A stretch of DNA of 64,000 nt from Polyangiaceae bacterium (GTDB lineage Bacteria; Myxococcota_A; Polyangia; Polyangiales; Polyangiaceae), in the NCBI GenBank assembly GCA_050287085.1, contig JBNKBE010000026.1, positions 18,394 to 82,393 of the forward strand, read 5' to 3'. The position numbers were made by a program, and so were the translations under genes. The notes under the pieces were generated by a model. It did not search any database, had not been told where the DNA came from, and saw only the letters and a program-made list of their open reading frames with translations. Shown here piece by piece: positions 29,009-38,948 of the stretch. Within the stretch, counting starts at the first letter, position 1; each line of letters starts with the position of its first letter.

Positions 29009-29701
29009 GTGACGCTCCGCGGAAAGGCCCTCCGCTTGGAGCGCAAAGCGGCGCTCCAAGCGCGTCGCGCGGCGCTCGCTCAACGTCTTGCTGCCGTCCG
29101 GGCCGACGTGCGCGACAAGAAGGCCCGCTTGCGTGCACGCGGTCCAGGGCAAGACGCGCGGCTACGTCGGCTCTGGCGCAAGTGGCTGCTGCTACTGCTG
29201 CTGGTCATTCTCTTCTTCTGTTTGCGGCGTTGCCAAAGCTGTGAGCCAATGCCTCCCGCACCAGCGCCTGCTGACGCGGGATTGGACGCTGGCGCTCCGG
29301 CGTCGGCCTCCGTGTCATCGCCCGCGGCGCCCACTCGCGTCGCGAGGCCGAGCCCGCGGCGACCTACCCAGCCCGAGCCGCGTCCGACCTACGAGAGCAG
29401 CCCCCCTGGGCCCGAGCGCTGGCTGACCGATCTGCGCCTTCAAGTCGCTGCTCGCAGCCCGCGGCTTTCACGCTGTTTCCGCGGTGCCGAGCACCCCGGC
29501 GCCTTGCGTTGGACCGCGGTGGTCGATCTCACCCGCGGCGTAGCGTCCGATGCGCACATCGAGCTGCTTGGCAGCGCCCCGCCCTTGCCGAAGGCCATGC
29601 GGACTTGCCTCTTGGAGGTGCTGTCGGCCCCGTCGTACCGCTTGCCCCCACCGACCACCAATACGCCACCGCCGCGCGTGTCGCTGGTGGTGGAGTTCTA
29701 G
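29009..29701 (+). CDS. Single-TM protein with Pro-rich linker and TonB-C/AgmX-PglI-like C-terminal domain
   Basis: Basic coiled N-terminus, TM WLLLLLLVILFF, Pro-rich spacer, then RLSRCF...GALRWTAVVD...RTCLLEVL..YRLP..RVSLVVEF. Confidence 0.6.
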   Translation: MTLRGKALRLERKAALQARRAALAQRLAAVRADVRDKKARLRARGPGQDARLRRLWRKWLLLLLLVILFFCLRRCQSCEPMPPAPAPADAGLDAGAPASASVSSPAAPTRVARPSPRRPTQPEPRPTYESSPPGPERWLTDLRLQVAARSPRLSRCFRGAEHPGALRWTAVVDLTRGVASDAHIELLGSAPPLPKAMRTCLLEVLSAPSYRLPPPTTNTPPPRVSLVVEF

Positions 29702-29877
29702 GGGCCAGGGAGCTGCTCCTCGAGCAGCATGGGCCCGGTGCGCTGCGTGTTGGCGCCTCCCGCTAAGCGAGCGCCGAGTTCGCGCTCCGCCCGGAGCACG
29801 CGCTCGGCGCCGTCCGCTGGGGTCGTCCCAGCCACGGGCCGCGCAACGTCCACCTAGCGTAGCGCGGCCCAGGCTCG

Positions 29878-30876
29878 TCAGAGCGAAGCGCTCGTTGGCT
29901 CGCGGCGAGCGTACAAGTAGAAGTCGCCCTCCACCTCTCCGCTCAGAAGCTGAACTTGGAGCAGCAGACTGCCCGGAAACACGGAGCGATGACTCACGCT
30001 GAGGCATTCCTCCGTGGGAGCCGTCTTGTCTTCCTCGACCACGTCACTCATGAGCCATCCGGCGGGCGGCGTTTCCGCGCGATCGAGCTCGGCTCCGTTG
30101 AAAGCATCCGTGAGGCTCAAAGCCAGCGCGCGGTCGTAACAGTCGGAGAGTGTAAAAGTGTAGCTAGCGCCGGCAGGAATGTCGACCTGGAACCACCAAC
30201 TGCGCGGCGTGTCAGCCTCACTGAAGAGCCCGTGGCCACACGCGGACTCGAGCGGCAAGGGCACCGGCTCGGCCGCCCTGGAAGCGTCGTAGCTCTTCGA
30301 TTGAAGGCACTGCGCGGCGCCCGTCACGGCCAGCACATCAGCATAAGGCAACAGGTCGTCGCCTGCCGCGCAGTCGCCGTCGACGGCGCGGTACTCCGCG
30401 GACGTACCGTCCTCCTCGCGGACGCTAACCTGAGCCACCACGGCGTCCTCTGGGCAACTCCCAGCGTCGCTGGCTGGCAGCAGGTCGAGCGCCGAGAGTT
30501 TGCTGCTTTGTTCGAGGGTCAGTTCAGCCCGGGACAAACGGACGCGGAAGGTCCCATCTTCGAGCGAGCCGACCGTTACATCGAAGCGGTCGCTCGTGTA
30601 CCGCCATACCCCGTCCGCGGGCGCACTTTTGCAGCCGCCCAGCCCGCCGCTGACCAGGGTGCAGGCGACAAGTGCCGCGGCGCTCAGCCCGCTTCGCGCG
30701 CAGGCCCGGTGGCTCGCGCACCGCAGTGTGCCCGCGCACCGCAGTATGCCCGCGCTGGTCGATTGAATCGGGCCCCGCGCCCCGCTTTCTGCTGCAGCCC
30801 TGGGCCTATGCGGCGTGGTCATGCCGTGGGCTATACCACCTCGCGGGGCGCACCCAAAACGGTTCATTCGAGACAC
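29878..30876 (-). CDS. Hypothetical lipoprotein (start uncertain)
   Basis: Lipobox LGGC; acidic, Cys-paired beta-rich body. Confidence 0.6.
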   Translation of the reverse strand: MSRMNRFGCAPRGGIAHGMTTPHRPRAAAESGARGPIQSTSAGILRCAGTLRCASHRACARSGLSAAALVACTLVSGGLGGCKSAPADGVWRYTSDRFDVTVGSLEDGTFRVRLSRAELTLEQSSKLSALDLLPASDAGSCPEDAVVAQVSVREEDGTSAEYRAVDGDCAAGDDLLPYADVLAVTGAAQCLQSKSYDASRAAEPVPLPLESACGHGLFSEADTPRSWWFQVDIPAGASYTFTLSDCYDRALALSLTDAFNGAELDRAETPPAGWLMSDVVEEDKTAPTEECLSVSHRSVFPGSLLLQVQLLSGEVEGDFYLYARREPTSASL

Positions 30877-31397
30877 GGCCTAGCGGGGCTCGAAACGTGT
30901 CTCACCTAGCGCCGTCGATGCTGTCGCGTGAGGTCCGGGCGGCAGCAGAGCCGCCAAAGGCATGGCCAACACGAGCCCGCGAGTATAAGCGCGCGTCATG
31001 GGGTCCGTGCGATGGCAAGAGCGCGAGCTCTGAGCACGTGGGGTGCGGCGCGCCTGCTCTGGCAGGGCAAGTCCCCGTACTCGCCGGAGAGCCTGCGTGC
31101 GATCGGCGTCCGCGGCTTCGGCCATCCGCCGACAGCGTCGTTTGAGTTTCTTCCGCTGCGGAACTCACTCCGAGGCAAGCGCGCTCTGGCTACCTGACCT
31201 ACACACGCCTACGCACAGCCGCGCTCCCGAGCTCATCCGACGCTCGTATACCGCCGCGGCAAGAAGTCGCCACGCCCAGTCACGGTCGCGTGCATGTACA
31301 CCTCGAGCGCTCCTGACCGTTCTCGGCTCCTTGCGCCGCGGCCAAGAATTCTTGCCGCTGGAAAAACGAAAACGCCTATCGTTTTCAATGTGTCATT

Positions 31398-31415
31398 AAT
31401 GAAAATGACTTGCAA
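31398..31415. promoter_or_regulatory. Possible Fur-type box
   Basis: AATGAAAATGACTTGCAA in an AT-rich patch upstream of the imelysin/TBDR operon. A second weak site lies at ~31516-31536. Confidence 0.45.
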
Positions 31416-31527
31416 GAGCATCTAGGGAGGCGTAAGAGACACAGGTACGCCTCAAACGGCCCACTTCTGCTTGTGGAGCGCGTTGATAGGAGGCCCTGGT
31501 CAAGTGATGAAGGGAAATTGACAATCA

Positions 31528-33255
31528 ATGGCTATTACGGCGAAAGATCGTGGACTCTGGCTCCTCCTGGCGATGGGCCTCACCAGCGCCTGCGGGAACA
31601 AGGACTCCGACGCGGAAGCGCCGACTGAAGACGCTGGTGTGCGGGGAGATGACGACGGGGACGATGCCATCGACGGCGCTGGCGCTGGCGCTGGCGCTGG
31701 TGACGATGGCGCCGGTGACGCTGGCGCTGGCGACGCTGGCGCTGGCGACGATGCGGCTGGTGACGCTGGCGCTGGCGACGATGCGGCTGGTGACGCTGGC
31801 GCTGGCGACGATGCGGCTGGTGACGATGCCGGCCCAGACGATGCCGGCCCTGACGAGCCACGGCCCACCGCGTTCGCTCCCGTTATCGAGCTGAGCTCCG
31901 CGGTCTTCGACGTCGTTCACGACCTGCGCGGAGTGGCGTTTGCGAGCAGTGGCCAGATCTATGCATCGGGTCACGTCGGCGTCGACGTGTCGGCGGTCGA
32001 TCGCGAGTTGGCGGTTGTGCGTTTCAACGACGACGGCACTCTGGACGAGACCTTCGGCGTCGATGGCGTCGCACGCCACAACCTGGTGGTACAGGAAGTG
32101 GAGGACGAAGCCGTCGTCAACGCGGGCGACGAGCAGTCAATGGCGATTGTGGAGTTGAGCAGTGGCGATCTCATCGTGCACGCCAACGTCACGGCCCCGT
32201 CAGGACTCGGTCAAGACGTCGTCCTGCTCAAGCTGAACGCCGATGGTGAGATCGTGAGCGAGTTCGGAGACGATGGCATCGTGCGCGTCGACTTTGGCTG
32301 GACACCCGCCGACGATGCGGGGTGGCCGGACGCTGCCAGTGGTCCCACGGACAACGGTTGGGACGTCATCCTCGACCGCAGCTCGGGTGAAGAGAAGCTG
32401 GTCGTGTTCGGCTACGGTCCCGCCAAAGCTGGCGCACTGGTCGATCCGAATGACGTGGCCACCCAGCGTACAGACAACGATCGCTACGTCGTTCGACTGC
32501 TGAGCGATGGCTCCACGGACCCCGCGTTCAACGCTGGCATGCCCTATGCGTTGCACAGCGGTGGCGACTTCTCGGACGGTGGGCGTCGAGGCTACGTTGC
32601 CGAAGATGGCGCAATCGTCAGCGCGGGCTACACGAACTTCGGCGAGAACTTCGGCAACCACATCCTGTTGGCGCGCCTGCAGCCCGATGGGACCCCAGAT
32701 ACGAGCTTTGGATTTGGCATCGGGTTGCCGGGTGTGGTTCGCTCCAATCCGTTCATCGACGACGGCGGTGTGGCCGAGTGTTATGCCGTAGGTGTTCAAT
32801 CGACGGGGCGCTACGTGACAACGGGTTATGGTCGGGCAACGGGTGCCTCGATGACCTCACGCTACGGCTATGCGACCACGGACGGCGTAGACCTGGTCTC
32901 GTTCGGGTTTACGGAGTCGGGCCTCGACGCGACGTTCGGCAACAGCGGCACGATGGCGATCCAGAGCGAAGAGCACGGGTTGGCTGAGTCGGAAGATCGA
33001 GGCCGGGACCTTGTCGTCCTGCCCGACGATCGGGTTGTCCACGTGGGTCGCTTCGGGGCTGGGCCTGCCATTCTGGTAACGCTCCCCGATGGGGGCATGG
33101 ACTTGGAGTCGGGTCTCGACGGGCGCTTCGAGTACCCAGCGGATACCGAGCACTTCTTCAAGGTTGCGCTCTCTGCGGACGGTACGCGCATCGCGGCCAC
33201 GACTCGCAACCATGCTGCGGGCGTGCGGTTGACGCTGCTCGGCGTAGGAGAGTGA
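31528..33255 (+). CDS. Delta-60 repeat (beta-propeller) lipoprotein
   Basis: Lipobox LTSAC; GDDAAGDAGA repeats; recurring RFNDDGTLDETFG / RLLSDGSTDPAFN / RLQPDGTPDTSFG. Confidence 0.85.
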   Translation: MAITAKDRGLWLLLAMGLTSACGNKDSDAEAPTEDAGVRGDDDGDDAIDGAGAGAGAGDDGAGDAGAGDAGAGDDAAGDAGAGDDAAGDAGAGDDAAGDDAGPDDAGPDEPRPTAFAPVIELSSAVFDVVHDLRGVAFASSGQIYASGHVGVDVSAVDRELAVVRFNDDGTLDETFGVDGVARHNLVVQEVEDEAVVNAGDEQSMAIVELSSGDLIVHANVTAPSGLGQDVVLLKLNADGEIVSEFGDDGIVRVDFGWTPADDAGWPDAASGPTDNGWDVILDRSSGEEKLVVFGYGPAKAGALVDPNDVATQRTDNDRYVVRLLSDGSTDPAFNAGMPYALHSGGDFSDGGRRGYVAEDGAIVSAGYTNFGENFGNHILLARLQPDGTPDTSFGFGIGLPGVVRSNPFIDDGGVAECYAVGVQSTGRYVTTGYGRATGASMTSRYGYATTDGVDLVSFGFTESGLDATFGNSGTMAIQSEEHGLAESEDRGRDLVVLPDDRVVHVGRFGAGPAILVTLPDGGMDLESGLDGRFEYPADTEHFFKVALSADGTRIAATTRNHAAGVRLTLLGVGE

Positions 33256-33349
33256 GCGGAGCGGACTGGCTGACGAGAGGCGGGGAGTCCCGGGCCGCTG
33301 GACGCATTGTCCGCCACGGGCTCCTCTGCGGAAGCAACGCAATCAGGCG

Positions 33350-34741
33350 ATGTTCAGAAATCGATTCAAAGAAGCAGCGGTCTGGGCGTGTGGTCTTTGG
33401 TGCCTGGCTTGCACCAAAGACCCGATGGAGTACTTCGCGCCAAGCTCCCCGCCGCCGGGTGCCGCGGGGGCGAACGGCGACTGGCCCGGGGAGTGCCGTG
33501 GCTGCGCGGACGATGGTGGACCTGGCCGCACGGCGGTTGAGGACGCATCGGTGGATGCGGCCACCGATGGAGCGGACGCTTCCGTTGCGGAGCCGACGTC
33601 GCCGTGGATCTCCGAGCAGGCGTTGATGGCCGAGTGCGGGGCCGCACCCCAAGCCGATGAAGCTTTCAGCCGCGAGCGCTTGCGGGCAGCCGCTGCGGAC
33701 TGCGCGATGTGGCACTATTGCCGCTTCGCGACTGCAGCTGAAAACCTCGACCATCGACTGGAAGAACTCAGCGCATCAGCGCCCCCTGCCGCAACGGAAC
33801 GGGCCCAGGCTGCGTGGCGTCAGAGCATGGCACTGTGGTCGACGGTCGAGTTGTTTCAGTTCGGGCCGCTCGGCAGTCGGGCGACGAGCGCCAGCAAGGA
33901 TATGTACGAGGGGCAGGGCGTTCGCGATCTCATCTATGCGTGGCCCACGACAAGTCGCTGTCGCGTCGAGGAGCAGCTTCTCAACCAGAACTATACGAAG
34001 CGCGGACTGGACGGGGCTCTCATATCGGGTCGCGGTTTGGCCGCGTTGGAGTACCTGCTCTTCTACGCGGGCAGTGATACCGATTGCGCCCCTGTTTCGA
34101 GCACGGCCGTAGGATGGAGCGAAGTGTCCGCGAGCGAGCTAGCGGCGCGCAAGCGTGACTTCGCGAAGGCCATCGGCCGGGACGTGGTGGCTCGAGTCCG
34201 AGCGCTTCTACTTGCGTGGCACTCCGACGGCGGCGACTTTCGCACCACCCTGATCCGTGCTGGCGGTGCGTACCCGGATGAACAGGAGGTGCTCAAAGTC
34301 ATCGCCTGGTCCCTGGTTTACGTCGAGCGTGAGGTTAAGGACTGGAAGGTCGGTGTTCCAGCGGGCGCGACGTTGTCCCACCCCGTGACAGTACCGGAGT
34401 CTCCCTACGCGCGAATGGCCACGACGAACATCGAGTACAACCTTCTTGGTTTTCGTGGCCTGTTTCAGGGGTGCGGTGAGGGAGGGGAAGGGTTGGGCTT
34501 CGACGACTGGCTCGTGGAGGTCGGACACGCGGAGCTTGCGAACGACATGGTTGCGGCGCTAGCCAATGCGTTGGCAGTCGTTCGTGACACGCCCGAGCTC
34601 GATGTCGCGACAGCTCCGGAGCTGGATGCCCTCTACCAAGCCCTTCGACGGCTTACGGCGTTGCTGAAGGGGGAGTTTTTCGGCGCAGGGAGTCCGCTCA
34701 ACCTTGAGTTGCCAGGAGGGATCGAAGGTGACACCGACTGA
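33350..34741 (+). CDS. Imelysin-like (peptidase M75 family) lipoprotein
   Basis: AQAAWRQSMALW..VELFQFGP, IYAWP, RGLAALEYLLF, ESPYA; C-terminal EGDTD. Confidence 0.88.
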   Translation: MFRNRFKEAAVWACGLWCLACTKDPMEYFAPSSPPPGAAGANGDWPGECRGCADDGGPGRTAVEDASVDAATDGADASVAEPTSPWISEQALMAECGAAPQADEAFSRERLRAAAADCAMWHYCRFATAAENLDHRLEELSASAPPAATERAQAAWRQSMALWSTVELFQFGPLGSRATSASKDMYEGQGVRDLIYAWPTTSRCRVEEQLLNQNYTKRGLDGALISGRGLAALEYLLFYAGSDTDCAPVSSTAVGWSEVSASELAARKRDFAKAIGRDVVARVRALLLAWHSDGGDFRTTLIRAGGAYPDEQEVLKVIAWSLVYVEREVKDWKVGVPAGATLSHPVTVPESPYARMATTNIEYNLLGFRGLFQGCGEGGEGLGFDDWLVEVGHAELANDMVAALANALAVVRDTPELDVATAPELDALYQALRRLTALLKGEFFGAGSPLNLELPGGIEGDTD

Positions 34742-36167
34742 CCAGCAGCTGCCAGACGCGAGGGGATGCGTCCCGCTGACTTCCCGCGCGGTCGACGGCG
34801 CGTGGCTTGCGGCCTTCCGCGTGTTGTTCGGGGGCGCCATGGCCGTGAGCATGGCGCGTTTTGTCGCGTACGACTGGGTCCGGCGCCTCTTCGTCGAGCC
34901 CGAGTTTCGGTTCAAGTACTGGGGCTTCCATTGGGTTCACCCGCTACCGGAGCCGGGGATGACGCTGCTGTTCGTGGGGCTTGGGTTGGCCGCCCTCGCG
35001 ACGGCCTGTGGGCTCTGGTTTCGAGGAGCCGCGCTCCTGCTCGCTGCCGGCCTTTCTTATTTCCAGCTGCTGGATGTCAGCACGTATCTCAATCACTACT
35101 ACCTGGCCGCCCTGCTGGCGTGGTTGTTGGCTCTATCACCCGCGGGACGGGTACATTCTGTCGACGCTTGGCGACGTCCGGCGGCGCGCGCGTCGGGCGC
35201 GATGATCGCGGGGCGTTGGCTTCTGTTATTTCGGTTTCAGGTGGCGCTCGTCTACGTGTGCGCCGGGCTGGCCAAGGCCCAGCCCGATTGGCTCATTCAC
35301 GCTCAGCCGCTGCGGATGTGGCTCGGTGCCAGTACGGAGCTACCGCTCATCGGTCCTTTGCTGCTGCTGCCCGGAGCCCCGCTCGTGATGAGTTGGGCAG
35401 GCTTCCTCTTCGACCTGACGATCGCATTGTGGCTTTCACTGCGGGCCACTCGCGCGTGGGCACTTGGAGCCGTCGTTGTGTTTCACGTGTTGACACGGAT
35501 CCTATTTCCCATCGGTATGTTCCCGGTCATCATGGTCCTGTCGGCGCTCGTATTCCTCGAGCCGGATTGGCCGCGACGGGCGGCGCGTTGGATGACCAGT
35601 CGGTGGCGCCTGACCTCCCGTCGCTTACTCGCCTTTGGGGCTGACGCACCTGCCGCAGCGCACAAGGCCATAGGCTTGAATTCTGCTGGCCGCGTGGGGT
35701 GGGCGGCGCTGGGCGTCTATTGTGCACTTCAGGCCCTGATGCCGCTAAGGCACTGGGCGTACGGAGAGAACGTGCTCTGGCACGAGCAGGGGATGCGCTA
35801 CTCGTGGCGCGTGATGGTGCGCGCCAAAGGGGGAAGCGCGATATTCCACGTGCGCAACCCGAAGACGGGGGTGAGCTGGCGCGTCGACCCGAGCCAATAT
35901 CTGACGCCAATGCAAGAGAGCGAGATGGCAGCGCAGCCGGACCTCATCTTGCAGTTTGCTCACCACTTGCAGAGCGAGTTCGAACGGGTCGGCTCGGGTC
36001 CCGTTGAGGTGCGCGTTGATGCTCATGCGACGCTCAACGGTCGCCGCCGAGTGCGGCTGATAAACCCCGATACCGATCTCACAACCGTCCAAGATGGCCT
36101 GTCCCGCGCTCACTTCGTTCTGCCCGCGCCGCAGATGGCGCCGCCGCATACTCGCCTAGTCCCATGA
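34728..36167 (+). CDS. HTTM-domain / vitamin K-dependent gamma-carboxylase-like membrane protein
   Basis: LAAFRVLFG, FKYWGFHWVHP, YLNHYY, AGLAKAQPDW, IGMFP, WHEQGMRYSWRVM, QPDLILQFAHHL. Confidence 0.92.
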   Translation: MTPTDQQLPDARGCVPLTSRAVDGAWLAAFRVLFGGAMAVSMARFVAYDWVRRLFVEPEFRFKYWGFHWVHPLPEPGMTLLFVGLGLAALATACGLWFRGAALLLAAGLSYFQLLDVSTYLNHYYLAALLAWLLALSPAGRVHSVDAWRRPAARASGAMIAGRWLLLFRFQVALVYVCAGLAKAQPDWLIHAQPLRMWLGASTELPLIGPLLLLPGAPLVMSWAGFLFDLTIALWLSLRATRAWALGAVVVFHVLTRILFPIGMFPVIMVLSALVFLEPDWPRRAARWMTSRWRLTSRRLLAFGADAPAAAHKAIGLNSAGRVGWAALGVYCALQALMPLRHWAYGENVLWHEQGMRYSWRVMVRAKGGSAIFHVRNPKTGVSWRVDPSQYLTPMQESEMAAQPDLILQFAHHLQSEFERVGSGPVEVRVDAHATLNGRRRVRLINPDTDLTTVQDGLSRAHFVLPAPQMAPPHTRLVP

Positions 36168-38419
36168 GTCGACGTTGGTTCTCACTCGTCCGTTGTAAGC
36201 GCTTGCTCGCATTGGCGCCTCTTCTGACCGCGCTGCTAGGCTCTCGGGGCGAGCGTGTCGCTTTGGGCGCCCCCCCTGGCGCTCCGACAGCGTCCGCTGA
36301 ACCGGCTGGGTCCGCGCCTTCCGCCGCGCCTCCGCTGGAGGTGCTGGTGGTCGGGGCGAGTCAGGACCGCGTTCCCGGTTCGGTTCACATTCTGCGCAGC
36401 GCGGAGCTGCAGCGCTTTCGGTACACCGACCCGGGGCAACTCCTACTTCAAGCGCCAGGTGTCTACGTGCGTCAAGAGGACGGGGTCGGGCTACGGCCAA
36501 ACGTAGCGATTCGCGGAGGTAACTCTGACCGAAGCAAGAAGCTAACCCTGATGGAGGACGGTGTGCTGTTTGGCCCCGCCCCGTATTCCGCGCCGGCCGC
36601 CTACTACTTTCCGCTGATGGCAAGGATGACGGAAGTGCACGTCGTCAAGGGACCTTCTGCGATCGCTCATGGCCCCCAGACCGTGGGTGGTGCCGTCGAC
36701 TTCATCAGTCGCCCGATCCCCGAAGCGCCCTCCGGCGCGGCTGACCTGACCCTGGGGCGCTTCGGATTCGTGCAGACGCATGCGCACTTCGGCGCCAACA
36801 CCGACGACTTCGGAATGCTGATCGAGGGCGTAAGACTCCGCCACGGCGGCTTCAAGGTGCTCCCGGATGGCGCGGATACGGGTTCCACTCGCAACGACTG
36901 GCTCGTCAAGACACGCTACACGCCCAATCCCGCAGCGGCGAACCTTCACGAGTTTCAGCTCAAACTGTCCTACGCGGACGAGCTATCCAACGAGACCTAC
37001 TTGGGGCTCACGGACGATGACTTCCGCCGCGACCCCGACCAGCGCTACGCCGCCAGCGCACTCGACCAGATGAAGAATCATCGGATCGGGATGACGCTGA
37101 CCCATCGCCTCGACCTCCTCGAACCCCGGTTGGATGTCGTTACCGACCTGTATCGCTTCGACTATGCCCGGACTTGGCGCAAGGTAAATGCTTTCCGCGG
37201 AGCGCATCTGAGCGACGTGCTGCGCAATCCGGAGGACCCGATCAACGCCGAGTACCTAGCTGTGCTGCGCGGTGATGCGGACAGCGCTGGCGGCGCCTCA
37301 ACGCTGATGATCGGTCCCAACGAGCGCGTTTTCGTGAGCCAGGGGGTCCAGACGCGCACCCACTGGCACGTGGAAGTGGGCGGCGTGGGCCACGTGGTCG
37401 AAGGCAGTCTGCGCGTTCACAACGACTCCATCACTCGTCGTCACAGTCAGACCGGTTTCGACATGACGGATGGGCACCTGCTCCCCGCCGCGTTGCCGGA
37501 AGACATGAACGCTGCGAACCGCGCCGAGACGACCGCTCTCGCCTTGCACGTTTCTGACGCGCTCAGCTGGGGCGTCATGACCGTCACGCCCGGCGTGCGC
37601 GTCGAGCTCATCTGGTCGAGCTTCGACGACCGCCTGGCGAACGCGAAACAAGCCGGCGCAGTGCACGCCGTCATGCCCGGCATCGGCAGCTACTTCGCCC
37701 TGAGCGATTCGCTGGGCGCGCTCGGCGGCGTCTACCGTGGCTTCAGTCCACCCGCCCCCGGCAGCGGTGAAGAAGCGAGGCCGGAATATAGCGTCAACTA
37801 CGAAGCGGGCCTGCGTTATAGCGCGCGGCCCCTACGCGTCGAAGCCATTGGTTTCCTGAACGACTATCAGAATCTGACAGACGTCTGCACCTTGTCTAGC
37901 GGTTGCCTGACGGAAAAGCTCGATCGTCAATTCGACGCTGGCAAAGCGCGCGTCGTCGGTGTGGAGGGCCATGCGGCTTTCGAGCCCAAGGTCGGCCCCG
38001 TCACGTTGCCGATGCGGCTCAGCTACACGCATACGCGAGCGCGCTTTCGCAATGCGTTCCAATCAGCAGATCCTATCTACGGCACGGTTCGGATCGGTGA
38101 CTACTTGCCCTATGTCCCGCGGCACCAGCTTACGGGGGCCGTCGGAGTCGAAGGAGCCCGTAGCGGCGCTTCCCTCGCAGGGAACTACGTCAGCCGAATG
38201 CGAGAGGAGGCTGGTCGGGGGCCGCTGGCTCAGGCTTGGACCACGGACGAACAGATGTGGCTCGACGCCGTCGTGCACTACCGCCCCTGGCCGATGAGCA
38301 CCTTCCACGGCGCGCTCCGGAACCTGCTCGATGCTCGCTACCTCGTGGCGCGCCGGCCGTATGGCGCCCGTCCGAATGCGCCGCGTTGGCTGCAGGTAGG
38401 GGCCGAGGTGACGTTCTGA
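36164..38419 (+). CDS. TonB-dependent receptor (FecA-like)
   Basis: Plug PGVYVRQEDGVGLRPNVAIRG; VVKGPSAI..GPQTVGG; C-terminus NLLD..Y..RP.GARP..PR...VTF. Confidence 0.93.
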   Translation: MSRRWFSLVRCKRLLALAPLLTALLGSRGERVALGAPPGAPTASAEPAGSAPSAAPPLEVLVVGASQDRVPGSVHILRSAELQRFRYTDPGQLLLQAPGVYVRQEDGVGLRPNVAIRGGNSDRSKKLTLMEDGVLFGPAPYSAPAAYYFPLMARMTEVHVVKGPSAIAHGPQTVGGAVDFISRPIPEAPSGAADLTLGRFGFVQTHAHFGANTDDFGMLIEGVRLRHGGFKVLPDGADTGSTRNDWLVKTRYTPNPAAANLHEFQLKLSYADELSNETYLGLTDDDFRRDPDQRYAASALDQMKNHRIGMTLTHRLDLLEPRLDVVTDLYRFDYARTWRKVNAFRGAHLSDVLRNPEDPINAEYLAVLRGDADSAGGASTLMIGPNERVFVSQGVQTRTHWHVEVGGVGHVVEGSLRVHNDSITRRHSQTGFDMTDGHLLPAALPEDMNAANRAETTALALHVSDALSWGVMTVTPGVRVELIWSSFDDRLANAKQAGAVHAVMPGIGSYFALSDSLGALGGVYRGFSPPAPGSGEEARPEYSVNYEAGLRYSARPLRVEAIGFLNDYQNLTDVCTLSSGCLTEKLDRQFDAGKARVVGVEGHAAFEPKVGPVTLPMRLSYTHTRARFRNAFQSADPIYGTVRIGDYLPYVPRHQLTGAVGVEGARSGASLAGNYVSRMREEAGRGPLAQAWTTDEQMWLDAVVHYRPWPMSTFHGALRNLLDARYLVARRPYGARPNAPRWLQVGAEVTF

Positions 38420-38649
38420 CGGACAGCGGCGATTGGATACGGGCCGATGGTGATGGAAGCTATCCGTCGGCTTTGTTTAGCGATTTCAGCCGCACTGCCG
38501 CTACAGCTGTCAGTGAAGCCACCGCAGGCATGACGTGTTGTGCCCTTGCTGCTTTCGCTTTCCCATGGCAGACCCTTGTACATCGTCGGCGGGGTCATGT
38601 GCCTGGCCGGCAGCTATAGCAGCAGGTTCTTACCCGACATGTCCGACTG

Positions 38650-38853
38650 GCAGACGGCTCGAGCGTTGCCTCTGGACTTGGTCAGTCGTACGCAGACCAG
38701 CACTCGGCTTTGAGTTTCTCGAGCAGGTCGATGCCATTCTCCTGCGTATCCAAAGAACCCCAGGCAGTTTCGACTTTGCGAGGATTCCGTCCGAGTTGCT
38801 TACGTGCAGCGCTTCCCGTTCGGTGTATTCAACGAGCACGACGAACATCTTTA
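38650..38853 (+). pseudogene. RelE/ParE-type toxin remnant
   Basis: RRPALGFEFLEQVDAILLRIQRTP, then frameshifted RVAYVQRFPFGVF. No antitoxin seen. Confidence 0.55.
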
Positions 38854-38948
38854 GGGGAGGGTCTTCCGCGCCGACCTCGACACCTGCAGCTGCGGCGGTC
38901 CCATGCGCTGGCTCGAAGTTGCCAGCGAGCAGCACGCTATCGCGCGAC

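Noticed and set aside
15954..29701. Canonical flagellar operon or Agl-Glt/Tol-Pal cluster
   Set aside because: There are no axial, export or switch genes. The B subunit has an OmpA-like domain rather than an ExbD/TolR domain.
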